A stretch of DNA of 32,000 nt from Candidatus Nanopusillus sp. (GCA_046536775.1 JAWDMD010000001.1:30001-62000); one strand, 5' to 3'; shown: positions 7,093 through 16,337, counted from the first letter of the stretch. Translations and numbers: made by a program. Notes: a model not told the origin generated them from the sequence alone.

Positions 7093-7736
7093 AATCAATA
7101 TTGGGAATTGATGAAGCTGGAAGGGGACCTGTAATTGGGCCAATGGTAATTGCTGGTTATTGTATTGATGAAGAAAAGATTGAGTTATTAAAATCTTTAG
7201 GTGTTAGAGATTCTAAAGAATTAACAAGAAAACAAAGAAAAGAAATATATGATGAAATAATAAAATTAACAGATAAATATAAATATATAATAATCGGCCC
7301 AAAAACAATAGACCATTATGTATATAAAAATAGATTAAATTATTTAGAATTTGAAAATATGGTAAAGATAATCGAGGAAATAAAACCAAATACAGTGATA
7401 ATTGATTCTCCATTAGTTAATACAAAAAAAGTAATAGAATATATAAAAAATAATTTAAAAATAAATGTCGAAATAATTGCGGAAAATAAAGCAGACAAAA
7501 ATTATCCTGTAGTATCTGCAGCTTCAATTATTGCAAAGGTTATTAGAGATAAAGAAATTGATAAAATTGAGAAAAAAATAAACATAAATTTTGGATCTGG
7601 ATATCCATCTGATGAAAGAACAATTAAAGCAATAAAAGAAAATTATGAAATATTGAAAGATTATATTAGAGAATCTTGGATGACAGTTAAAAGAATAAAA
7701 ATAGGAGATCAGAAAAATATATTTGATTTTTTATAA
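7089..7736 (+). CDS. rnhB: Ribonuclease HII
   Basis: N-terminal GIDEAGRGPVIGPMVIAG catalytic motif, DSKELT, ADKNYPVVSAASIIAKV. ATGA overlap with the cbf5 stop. Confidence 0.9.
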   Translation: MKSILGIDEAGRGPVIGPMVIAGYCIDEEKIELLKSLGVRDSKELTRKQRKEIYDEIIKLTDKYKYIIIGPKTIDHYVYKNRLNYLEFENMVKIIEEIKPNTVIIDSPLVNTKKVIEYIKNNLKINVEIIAENKADKNYPVVSAASIIAKVIRDKEIDKIEKKININFGSGYPSDERTIKAIKENYEILKDYIRESWMTVKRIKIGDQKNIFDFL

Positions 7737-7788
7737 AAATATCTATAATTATTATCTTAATTTTAATATATAGAAAGATTATAATAAT

Positions 7789-9039
7789 TTATAGAATTAA
7801 GAATGGTAAGATAAACATACCTATTATTAGATTAATTATTATAATTGCTGATAATGCTACATATAAAATATTCTTTTCACTAAAATATTTTTTAAGTTCC
7901 ATTAAAACTTCTATAAGTGGTACAGAGATCAAAATAAAATAATAGATATATGATAATAAGATATTTTCTGTTAATAAATAATATATTATAGCCGAAATAC
8001 TTAGAATAAATAATACTATAAATGCAATTTTTTGAAATTTATACATTTTGTTAATAAAAATATCATCTTCTTTTATATATTTTTCAAAATTTACCTTTTC
8101 CTCTTCTTTTTCTTTGAATTTTACCCTTTTTAATAATATAAATGAAATTAGAGAGACTAAAAAAGCAATCAATAATGAATAAAGTATGTTATTTATATTC
8201 AAACCTACCAATAACATCCTTGCACCCAAATATGATATAAATGCTATAAAAATAAATCTTATTGTATTATCCTTTAATCTCATTAATAATCTAGTTCCAA
8301 TCCTTGAACCAACTAAAATTCCTAAGGTAATAAAAGGTAATAAAATAAAGTCTATATAACCTGCTTTGAAATATAAAATTGAAGATGTATCCGCAGTTAC
8401 TCCTATCATAAAATTACTAGTAGTAGTACTTACTTTTATTGGCAAATTCATTATTAAATCCATTCCCAAAACTTTTAATATTCCTGAACCAATTCCTAAT
8501 AAACCAGAAACAAAACCTGCAAATAACATAATAGTCCATCCATAAACCCATCTTACTCCATTATAATATATTATTTTTCCATTTTCCCCATATTTTCCAA
8601 ATAAATTAAAGAAATATGTAGATTCATCAGGTTTTGATGGATAATATTTCTCTCTTAAATTCTTTATTATCAAAAATATTGAAGATAATAATAATACAAC
8701 TCCAAATATTATATAAACAATAAGAAATAGATTATGATTATATAAATAGTTATTTAAAAAAAATCCAAATATAGCACCAAAAGTTGTAGCAGTTAATAAA
8801 CTAACTGCTATATTATCATTGGCAATTTTTTTCTTTATATATGTTAAAGATGAAGATATAGATGTTGAAATAGTAGATAATAAAGATATACCAATTGTTA
8901 AATATAATGGATAATTTAGGAATATTGTTAAGATTGGAGAAATAATTGTTCCACCACCTAGACCAGTTATAGAACCTATAATACCTGCAAAAATACCAAT
9001 AAATAAAGTTAATATCAGATTAAAAAATGTATATATCAT
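7789..9039 (-). CDS. TSUP/TauE-SafE family (DUF81) anion permease with an extra C-terminal 3-TM module
   Basis: Polytopic protein with the repeated Gly-rich TSUP signature (GSITGLGGGTIISPIL; GLLGIGSGILKV). The last ~110 aa form additional hydrophobic helices after a charged linker (KRVKFKEKEEEKV). This may correspond to the DUF1634-type partner usually encoded separately (inference). Confidence 0.65.
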   Translation of the reverse strand: MIYTFFNLILTLFIGIFAGIIGSITGLGGGTIISPILTIFLNYPLYLTIGISLLSTISTSISSSLTYIKKKIANDNIAVSLLTATTFGAIFGFFLNNYLYNHNLFLIVYIIFGVVLLLSSIFLIIKNLREKYYPSKPDESTYFFNLFGKYGENGKIIYYNGVRWVYGWTIMLFAGFVSGLLGIGSGILKVLGMDLIMNLPIKVSTTTSNFMIGVTADTSSILYFKAGYIDFILLPFITLGILVGSRIGTRLLMRLKDNTIRFIFIAFISYLGARMLLVGLNINNILYSLLIAFLVSLISFILLKRVKFKEKEEEKVNFEKYIKEDDIFINKMYKFQKIAFIVLFILSISAIIYYLLTENILLSYIYYFILISVPLIEVLMELKKYFSEKNILYVALSAIIIINLIIGMFILPFLIL

Positions 9040-9057
9040 GTATAAACAAAATTCTTT

Positions 9058-9067
9058 AAAATATATA
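9058..9067 (-). promoter_or_regulatory. TATA-box-like element (TATATATTTT on the minus strand) 19-28 nt upstream of the permease ATG
   Basis: Motif and spacing as elsewhere in the window. Confidence 0.35.
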
Positions 9068-9074
9068 GGCCTTC

Positions 9075-9106
9075 ATATTTTGATGTATTTTCTTATATAT
9101 TTTGAT
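9075..9106. repeat. Direct repeat ATATTTTGAT x2 (9075-9084, 9097-9106), spaced 22 bp, in a divergent promoter region
   Basis: Exact 10-mers read from the sequence. The spacing equals about two helical turns. A chance match is plausible in AT-rich DNA. Confidence 0.3.
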
Positions 9107-9196
9107 ACTATCATTTATTATAAATATAGATAGTGAATAAACAGAAACAAATATTATGTCATGCAATTTCAATGGTTTGAAATAAATGCTCAAACG

Positions 9197-9206
9197 TTTA
9201 TAAATA
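9197..9206 (+). promoter_or_regulatory. TATA-box-like element TTTATAAATA 20-29 nt upstream of the ATG at 9226
   Basis: Motif and spacing as elsewhere in the window. Confidence 0.4.
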
Positions 9207-9225
9207 ATAACATTGTTATATCATT

Positions 9226-9567
9226 ATGGCAAAATATTTAATATTATTAACAAAAGAGGATAAAAATACAGTAGAAAAGGTTTTAGAGTTTTCAAAATTA
9301 TTAAAAACGAGCGGAGCAGAAGATATAAAAATTTGTTTTACTTTAGAAGGAATTAAAGCATTGAATAAAGAAAATGAAGAATATAATTTAATTATATCTA
9401 AACATTTGGGAGATATAAAAAATTTAAATATAAAAGTATATGCATGTGAAAAATGTATGATGAAATTCGATATACCTGAAGAAAAATTAGTATATAAAGA
9501 TAAAATATTTTCATATGAAGAAATTAATAAGTTAGTAGATCAAGGATATTCAATAATTACCTTTTAA
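9226..9567 (+). CDS. DsrE/DsrF-like (YchN fold) sulfur-relay family protein, 113 aa
   Basis: Family-like layout: N-terminal beta strand YLILLT, central Cys segment KVYACEKCMMKFDI, C-terminal SIITF. Confidence 0.55.
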   Translation: MAKYLILLTKEDKNTVEKVLEFSKLLKTSGAEDIKICFTLEGIKALNKENEEYNLIISKHLGDIKNLNIKVYACEKCMMKFDIPEEKLVYKDKIFSYEEINKLVDQGYSIITF

Positions 9568-11812
9568 TTTCAATTATTTTTCCTTCAACATTATCTTTAA
9601 ACAAATCATCATGTGTACATAGTATTATTTGATAATTATCTAAGCCAGATATTAACTGAGCTAAGGATAATCTTATATTTTCATCCAAAGATTCTGTAGG
9701 CTCATCCAATAATAAAACACTAATATTTAGATTTAGTATAGAAGCAATTGCCAATCTTAATGCTAAGTCTAATATTTTTATTTGTCCCCCGCTTAGTCCA
9801 GCTTCATCAATATATTTTTTAATACTCTTTCCGTCAATATTTTTAATTATATAAATATAAAATAACTTCTCATCTTTTACTTTACTTTCTTTTATATCTA
9901 TTCCAACATCTATAATATCCTGATATCTATACAATTTCTTAAAATAAAATCTAAATGCATTTTCCAGGTTTTTTGATAGTTTTTCTCTATTAACCTCTAT
10001 ATATTTTAATAAAACATTATATAAAGACCTTAGATTATTTATATTTTTACCTATATTCTTTAATTTTTCATTTATATTATTATATATATTTAACTTTTCC
10101 TTGTAATTTTTTATTAATTCTGGTTTTAGATTTTCATATTTCTTTATTTCTTTATCAAGTTCATTTATCTTATCTTCAAACTCATGTAATGAATTTAAAT
10201 TATTACTTTTATATATATCTTTTATTTTTTCTAGATTCTTTTTCATATTATCTATCCTCATTAAAGAATATCTGATATTATTTATCTCATTTTTTATGTT
10301 TTGATATTCTTTTCTTAAATTATCTATTACTTTATCCAATTCGTTTTTCTTTATATAATTTATTGTATCATTTATTATCTTATATTCATTTATTTGATTT
10401 ATTTTATAATTTATTTCATTAATTTCTTTTTCAATCCTTATTTTTTCATTTTCAATATCCGATAAATTTATTTTATCTTTAATTTTTCCCTGAATATATA
10501 GAAAATACTTATATTTATTTTCCATTTCCTGATAAGATTTATCTAGATTATTTTTTTCATTTTTAAATTTACCTAAATTATCTTTATCTCTATCCAAACC
10601 TTCTTTATATTGATTTAACAGTTTTTTATGCAAATCTTCATCCAAGGTTCTTTTACATACTGGACATTCTGATATTTCTCTATTTAGGATATTTAAATAT
10701 TCTTCCTCTTCTTTTATTTTATTTTCTAAAATTATAATATTATTTTCCAATTCTTTCTTTTTATTCTCTATATTTTCTATTTCACTTTCTATATTTTTAT
10801 ATTCTATATATTTTTCTATATTAGAATAAATTTCCTTTAATTCTTTTAATTCATATTCTAATTCTTTTTCATTAATATTTTCTAAATATTCTAATTCTTT
10901 TTTTCTATTTTCTAAATATTCTAAAGAACTATTTAATAAATCATTTGAATAATTTTCATATTTAAGATTTTTTCTTTCAGATTCAAGATTTAATATATTA
11001 TCATATAATTCCTTTTCTTTTTCTTCGTATTCTTTTAACTTTTGATTTAGATAATTTTCTTGAGTCAATAAATTATAATCTATACTATTTTCCAATGTTT
11101 TTAGCTCTAAATAATCTTTATATATATTATCCCTTATTTTTTTTAATTCCAAATACTTATTAATTTCTTCTAATAATTTTTCAATATCCTTATCACCAAA
11201 AATATTTTTATATAATTCTATATCTTTTAATAATAGATTTTTTTCTTTTTCTTCATATTCTTTTTCCTTTTCTAAATCTTTTATTAACCCTTCAACTATT
11301 TTTAATATTAAAGAATAATATTCTATATCAAATATTTTTTCTAATAATTTTGTTAATTCAATTTTTCCGGATAAATTGATATATCTTCCCAAATCTCCTT
11401 GTTTTATATACAATACATCCATAAATTTCTCAACCCTATTTATATTCAACATTTCCTTTATTTTTTTATTAACAATATCCGGTCCTGAAGCTATAACCCT
11501 ATTTCCTTCATATAATATTGCTTTAGATTCTCCATTATTATTTGAGGATCTTATTATTTTGTATAAAGTATTTTCTCCAGATATTTCCAATTCTACATTT
11601 AGATTATATGCACCAGTTCTTATTAAAGATGATGCATTTGATATATTTATACTAGGCAAAGAATCTTTTCCAAATAAACCAAATAATATTGCATGAAATA
11701 TGGATGTTTTTCCAACCCCATTTTCTCCTATTATTATATTTTTTTCATCAAAATTAATCTCCAAATCTCTATGTATTTTAAAATTCTCTAATCTTATTCT
11801 ATTAACTTTCAT
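9557..11812 (-). CDS. rad50: Rad50 DNA double-strand break repair ATPase (SMC-like), 751 aa
   Basis: Walker A GENGVGKTSIFHAI. Long Lys/Glu/Asn coiled coil. Zinc hook CPVC at nt 10655-10666. Signature LSGGQ. Walker B LLLDEPTESLD. D-loop/His region ILCTHD. Confidence 0.92.
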   Translation of the reverse strand: MKVNRIRLENFKIHRDLEINFDEKNIIIGENGVGKTSIFHAILFGLFGKDSLPSINISNASSLIRTGAYNLNVELEISGENTLYKIIRSSNNNGESKAILYEGNRVIASGPDIVNKKIKEMLNINRVEKFMDVLYIKQGDLGRYINLSGKIELTKLLEKIFDIEYYSLILKIVEGLIKDLEKEKEYEEKEKNLLLKDIELYKNIFGDKDIEKLLEEINKYLELKKIRDNIYKDYLELKTLENSIDYNLLTQENYLNQKLKEYEEKEKELYDNILNLESERKNLKYENYSNDLLNSSLEYLENRKKELEYLENINEKELEYELKELKEIYSNIEKYIEYKNIESEIENIENKKKELENNIIILENKIKEEEEYLNILNREISECPVCKRTLDEDLHKKLLNQYKEGLDRDKDNLGKFKNEKNNLDKSYQEMENKYKYFLYIQGKIKDKINLSDIENEKIRIEKEINEINYKINQINEYKIINDTINYIKKNELDKVIDNLRKEYQNIKNEINNIRYSLMRIDNMKKNLEKIKDIYKSNNLNSLHEFEDKINELDKEIKKYENLKPELIKNYKEKLNIYNNINEKLKNIGKNINNLRSLYNVLLKYIEVNREKLSKNLENAFRFYFKKLYRYQDIIDVGIDIKESKVKDEKLFYIYIIKNIDGKSIKKYIDEAGLSGGQIKILDLALRLAIASILNLNISVLLLDEPTESLDENIRLSLAQLISGLDNYQIILCTHDDLFKDNVEGKIIEIKR

Positions 11813-12948
11813 TTTATTAATTGTTTAAATATTGTTTCCCTTATTCTATCTAAATCCGAATTCTTACCAGAATACATTTCCTCAAATAATTCTTTTATAT
11901 AATTAAATGTTTTTACTACTTCTTCCTTATCGTTTACAAAAAAAGAACTATCTATTATATTATCTATTGTAATTAACTCCTTATCTGATTTTATTTCCTC
12001 ATCTAAAGGATAAGAATCATCTAAGATTAAATATCCAGATTCTATTAAATTTTCTAGTAGATTTTTTATATTAATATAATAATCTTTTTTATATCTAGCC
12101 TTAATTTTTATAATTGTTTCCTTAGATTTATTATAAATATCACTCTTTAATTTATTTAATCCATCATCATTATCTATTATATCTTCATAGATATATATTG
12201 GCCTAGTATTTAATTCTTTAAATTCTATATTATCATCTTCTACATAAAAAAATCCTTTCTTTATATTTTCTTCATCTTTTGATATTTCAGTCCTTTCAGT
12301 AGAACCTGGTAAAGCAAAAATTATATTATCATGTTTTTCTAAATGTTTCTTGTGAAAATGACCGAATGCATAATAATTTGCTTTGGGAAAATCTTCCATA
12401 GATAAAATCCTTGGTTCTTTGCTATAACCTTCTAAAATATTTTCTGGAAATATATTTACTGCACCATGAAAAATAAATATAGTATAACCACTATTTTCAA
12501 ATTTTAAATTCGATAGATTCTTTTTATAATATACCCTTAATTGCTCATATGATAAATTTGATGGTTCAGATATTCCATAAATGTATACATCCTTATATAT
12601 AAACGGCTCTCTTATATTTGCTTCATATATTAAATCCAATCTTTTTAATATTTCTAAAATGTTTTGCCTTTGTCCTTTTGTATCATGATTTCCTTTAATA
12701 AATATTAATGGTATTTTATTATCTTTTAATTTAAATAATATATCTAATATCTCCAATAAATATTTTGAATCTATTCTAAAATAATCATCAAAAAAATCTC
12801 CAGAATGAATTATAAAGTCAACCCTTTCTCTAATTGCAAAATCTATAACTTGTTTAAATGAATTTAAAAAATCATATTTTCTAATCTCACTATATTCTAC
12901 TGGAATTTGACATCCTAAATGGGTATCAGAAACATGAACAAATTTCAT
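11809..12948 (-). CDS. mre11: Mre11 nuclease (calcineurin-like phosphoesterase)
   Basis: Phosphoesterase motifs HVSDTHLG, HSGDFFD, GNHD, FHGAV and GHFH. ATGA overlap with the rad50 start. Confidence 0.9.
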   Translation of the reverse strand: MKFVHVSDTHLGCQIPVEYSEIRKYDFLNSFKQVIDFAIRERVDFIIHSGDFFDDYFRIDSKYLLEILDILFKLKDNKIPLIFIKGNHDTKGQRQNILEILKRLDLIYEANIREPFIYKDVYIYGISEPSNLSYEQLRVYYKKNLSNLKFENSGYTIFIFHGAVNIFPENILEGYSKEPRILSMEDFPKANYYAFGHFHKKHLEKHDNIIFALPGSTERTEISKDEENIKKGFFYVEDDNIEFKELNTRPIYIYEDIIDNDDGLNKLKSDIYNKSKETIIKIKARYKKDYYINIKNLLENLIESGYLILDDSYPLDEEIKSDKELITIDNIIDSSFFVNDKEEVVKTFNYIKELFEEMYSGKNSDLDRIRETIFKQLIK

Positions 12949-13412
12949 TAAATATTATTGTATAAAAATTTTTTATTTATATTTTCTAGGTATTCTTTTA
13001 AATAATTTAAAACTATTTCTTTATCCTTTTTATAATAATCAAAACTTATTTTTAATAAAAAAGAATCTTCGGTATAATGTAATTTAATAATTTTATTTAA
13101 TGCTAATTCATCTTTATCAATTCTTAGATAAATATTATAATTCTCATCAAAGTTACAATTATTTTTTATATCTTCAAACTTTAATCCTAAAGAAATTAAA
13201 TTTCTAAAAAATATATATGTGCTATTTTTATTATTAATTTTTATTTCATATACTTCAATTATATTACTTATTAATCCTCTATCTTTATAATTATTTATTT
13301 CTATTTTCTTTCTATCTATATCTTTTAATAACAAATCAATTGCATTTAATATTTTGTTTTTATCATCCCATTCATGTATATTTACCCTTAATAGTACAAA
13401 AGAAATTTTCAT
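12948..13412 (-). CDS. hypothetical protein, 154 aa; pattern reminiscent of the DUF54/COG1325 predicted RNA-binding (exosome-associated) family
   Basis: VNIHEWDDKNKILNAIDLL resembles the VHPTEDxxKV..AL..L motif, and NIYLRIDKDELALNKII resembles the LRLDKQ.A motif of that family as I recall it. The stop shares 1 nt with the mre11 ATG (TAATG). Confidence 0.4.
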   Translation of the reverse strand: MKISFVLLRVNIHEWDDKNKILNAIDLLLKDIDRKKIEINNYKDRGLISNIIEVYEIKINNKNSTYIFFRNLISLGLKFEDIKNNCNFDENYNIYLRIDKDELALNKIIKLHYTEDSFLLKISFDYYKKDKEIVLNYLKEYLENINKKFLYNNI

Positions 13413-13438
13413 AACAATTATATAGATATATAGAAAAG

Positions 13439-13448
13439 TTTATATTTA
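13439..13448 (+). promoter_or_regulatory. TATA-box-like element TTTATATTTA, preceded by AAAAG, 21-30 nt upstream of the ATG at 13469
   Basis: Motif and spacing as elsewhere in the window. Confidence 0.4.
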
Positions 13449-13468
13449 TAAAAAAATTTATATTTAAA

Positions 13469-13876
13469 ATGGTAAAAAGAACTCAGAATTTAACTATAGA
13501 TACTATAATTTTAGCAATTATTGCAATAGTTGTATTAGTATTTCTTGTATTAATATTTACTGGCGGAATCGGAAAATTTACTAGACAGACTGGCCAGGTA
13601 ACCCCTTCTAATCAAACAATTAGTGCACAATGTTCAGAATATGCATCATCAATAGAAACCCAAATGGGGACTTCTACAGATCCAAATGTTCAGTTACAAA
13701 TGTTAGCAAATTCTCAATATGTATCTTCTAACTGTAGCGTTTATTTCCAATATTCATTTACTCTATATAATGGTTCTGAAGTTGTATGTGGACTTGGTTC
13801 AGGCACGAGTTTCAGTGTTTCTACCGGTACCAGTAACAATGGCGGTACCACAATATGGGGTTGCGAAATTCAATAA
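13469..13876 (+). CDS. Secreted or membrane-anchored protein with a type IV pilin-like (class III signal-like) N-terminus, 135 aa, 4 Cys
   Basis: MVKRTQ followed by NLTIDTIILAIIAIVVLVFLVLIF. The Ser/Thr/Gly/Asn-rich body has Cys at 4 positions. Visibly higher G+C than its neighbours. The -1 residue Thr is atypical for prepilin peptidase sites. Confidence 0.5.
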   Translation: MVKRTQNLTIDTIILAIIAIVVLVFLVLIFTGGIGKFTRQTGQVTPSNQTISAQCSEYASSIETQMGTSTDPNVQLQMLANSQYVSSNCSVYFQYSFTLYNGSEVVCGLGSGTSFSVSTGTSNNGGTTIWGCEIQ

Positions 13877-13906
13877 AGATTTATTTTTTATTAATAAATA
13901 TTATTT

Positions 13907-14545
13907 ATGATAGATAAGAATTATGTTTCATCTATTTTGGGTATATCAAAAACAAAATTACAAGAATTAATAAATGAAAAAATAAAACAATATAAAGATT
14001 TAATTGATGAAGAAACTGCTATTTTATTGATATTAAAAGAAAAAGGATTAACATTAGAAGATTTATATAATATAAAAGTAAAAAACCTATATCCTGGATT
14101 AAAGGTAAAGGAAATAAAATTGAAGATAAACAAAATAATAATAAAAAAAGAAAATTTGATAATTCTTGAAGCTGGAGATGAAACTGGATTAATTAAACTG
14201 ATAATTAAAGATTATAAATGGAAAAGAAAAGAGAGCTTATTAAAAGAAAATAATAGCATAAAAGTAAAAAATGGTGTTGTGCTAAATGACTTTGTTCTAT
14301 CTATATTCATAAATAATATAGACTTAATAGAAAAAATAAATGAAGAAATAAATCTAAATCAAAATTATATATCTTATAGATATATAAGATTATTAAAAGA
14401 AAAAGAGGATAGCTATATAGTATTAGCAGATAATTTCAATATATTATATTTAGAAAAAAATATTCAATTAGAATATAATAAAACATATACAATAAAATTT
14501 TATAATAAAAGACCCATAGAGATTATTGAACTAAAATCCTACTAA
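13907..14545 (+). CDS. OB-fold nucleic-acid-binding protein, RPA/SSB-like, 212 aa
   Basis: The N-terminal helical module ILGISKTKLQELINEKIKQYKDLIDEETAILLILKEKGL is typical of archaeal RPA N-termini. The OB core is LYPGLKVKEIKLKINKII...ILEAGDETGLIKLIIKDY...NNSIKVKNGVV. Confidence 0.5.
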   Translation: MIDKNYVSSILGISKTKLQELINEKIKQYKDLIDEETAILLILKEKGLTLEDLYNIKVKNLYPGLKVKEIKLKINKIIIKKENLIILEAGDETGLIKLIIKDYKWKRKESLLKENNSIKVKNGVVLNDFVLSIFINNIDLIEKINEEINLNQNYISYRYIRLLKEKEDSYIVLADNFNILYLEKNIQLEYNKTYTIKFYNKRPIEIIELKSY

Positions 14546-16315
14546 ACTCATTAATTTATCAGGATTATTGTAGTACATATTCATAATTTCTCCAATCTTT
14601 CTATAATTTCTTATATTGTTTTCTAGCATATATTCTAATACCCTTATTTTAAATTTGAAATTAGTTTCTATATCGGTTTTATTCCAATTTCTAATTTCAG
14701 CAATTTTATTTAATACATAACTTTCACTTGGTATATAAGAATCATCCCTTGGATCCCATCTAAATGAAATTATTCTATCAACATCTTTCTTTTCTTTATT
14801 AAACCCAGGTATTTCATATATTTTATCTACTCTTCTTACATATTTTCCCTGATATCTCAATCTTTTAAGAAATACAACTCCATCCAATACTTCCAATAAA
14901 GATGGGGGCAGACTAATTGGAGGGGATAATAATCTATCCATCAACGCTTCAAAACTTTCCGCGTGTATAGTACCCAAACCAGCATGACCTGTTGCCATTG
15001 CTTGGAATAATATATAAGCTTCTTCACCTCTTACTTCACCTACAATTATATAATCTGGTCTTTGTCTCAAAGCAGCTTTTAATAGATCAAACATAGTAAC
15101 TTCACCATATCTATTTGGACCATATCCTGGTCTTGCAACTTCCGATAACCAGTTTGGATGGGGTAACTTTAATTCTGCAGTATCCTCTATAGAAATTATC
15201 TTTTTCACAGGTTTGATAAATAAAGATACTGCATTTAGAAATGAAGTTTTACCTGTAGCAGTTCCTCCAGATATCAATAATGATCTACCTTCTTCTATCA
15301 ATGTCCATAAATATGCTAACATATTAAAGTCCACAGTTCCATACAATAATAGATCAATTGGCGTGAATGGATCTTCTGTAAATTTTCTAATGGTAAAAGA
15401 AGAACCCCTCTTAGAAATATCTTTTCCAAAAGTTATCTGAATTCTTGATCCATCGGGTAAAGCTGCATCTAATAGAGGATTTGCAATAGATATAACCCTT
15501 CCAGTCCTTACAGATAATTTTATTACGAAATTATCTAATTCCTCATCAGAATTAAATTGTAAATTTGTTTTTATTTCACCTATTAAAGGATTTCTATGAA
15601 ATATAAATATTGGATAATTTATACCTGTACAGGATATATCTTCGATTAATGGATCTCTCATTAATGGATCTATTATTCCATAACCAATTGTATCCCTTAT
15701 TATGTAATATAACATATATGGTAATTTATTTGCATCTATCGGATATCTTTTTTCTTTTATTATATTCAAAGATTGCTTTATTATATAATTTCTCATATAT
15801 TCCTCATTTTTTTCTGTTCCCAGAGGAAGTTCTGATGTTCTAGCTAAATCTTCAATTATTTCATTTATAATTTTTCTATCATTTTCACTTATACTTGGTT
15901 CTACTATATGATATACAAGTTCTCCATATTCATTATCCCATGATATATCAGCATATGCAAATATATATTCTCTACCTAAAATATTTATCTTCGTTAGTGG
16001 GTACCTGAATTGATTTACATTTTCGTTTTTACCATATAAATCTACAAAAAATCTAAGTTTATCTCTTTCAGTAATTTTTTTATTTTCTGAAGGTATATTA
16101 ATTAAACTTATATTATAAACTTTTTTATTTCTTTTTTTCCTTTTTCTTTTTTCATATTTATTATTAGTTAATGGTATATAAATTGGTTGATATTCTTCTT
16201 GTGTACTTTTTATAATATTTATTTTTTCGTTTTTTTCATTTAACTTTCTTTTTATTTCAATTTTTTTTCTTACTACATCTATAGCATTATCAATAAGATC
16301 ATAAATGTTATTCAT
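14531..16315 (-). CDS. FlaI/ArlI-PilB type secretion ATPase (archaeal type IV filament assembly ATPase), 594 aa
   Basis: GYGIIDPLMRDPLIEDISCTG, SFTIRKF, Walker A LISGGTATGKTSFLNA, IEDTAELKL, Walker B/Asp box LRQRPDYIIVGEVRGEEA, His box MATGHAGLGTIHA. The N-terminal extension carries a basic patch KYEKRKRKKRNKK. Confidence 0.88.
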   Translation of the reverse strand: MNNIYDLIDNAIDVVRKKIEIKRKLNEKNEKINIIKSTQEEYQPIYIPLTNNKYEKRKRKKRNKKVYNISLINIPSENKKITERDKLRFFVDLYGKNENVNQFRYPLTKINILGREYIFAYADISWDNEYGELVYHIVEPSISENDRKIINEIIEDLARTSELPLGTEKNEEYMRNYIIKQSLNIIKEKRYPIDANKLPYMLYYIIRDTIGYGIIDPLMRDPLIEDISCTGINYPIFIFHRNPLIGEIKTNLQFNSDEELDNFVIKLSVRTGRVISIANPLLDAALPDGSRIQITFGKDISKRGSSFTIRKFTEDPFTPIDLLLYGTVDFNMLAYLWTLIEEGRSLLISGGTATGKTSFLNAVSLFIKPVKKIISIEDTAELKLPHPNWLSEVARPGYGPNRYGEVTMFDLLKAALRQRPDYIIVGEVRGEEAYILFQAMATGHAGLGTIHAESFEALMDRLLSPPISLPPSLLEVLDGVVFLKRLRYQGKYVRRVDKIYEIPGFNKEKKDVDRIISFRWDPRDDSYIPSESYVLNKIAEIRNWNKTDIETNFKFKIRVLEYMLENNIRNYRKIGEIMNMYYNNPDKLMSLVGF

Positions 16316-16337
16316 ATATTTAATGAAAACTTGGGAA

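Noticed and set aside
10876-10924. Near-tandem nucleotide repeat TATTTTCTAAATATTCTAA (30-nt period), plus generally periodic AT-rich sequence across rad50. Considered as a possible CRISPR-like or satellite repeat.
   Set aside because: It lies in-frame within the Rad50 coiled coil and encodes repeated LEYLEN heptad-like segments. There is no spacer/repeat architecture. It is a low-complexity coding repeat.
13719-13910. A 63-aa same-strand, out-of-frame ORF overlapping the 3' half of the pilin-like gene.
   Set aside because: It is an alternative frame of a gene whose primary frame gives a coherent signal-anchor plus Ser/Thr/Gly-rich product. There is no independent promoter or motif.
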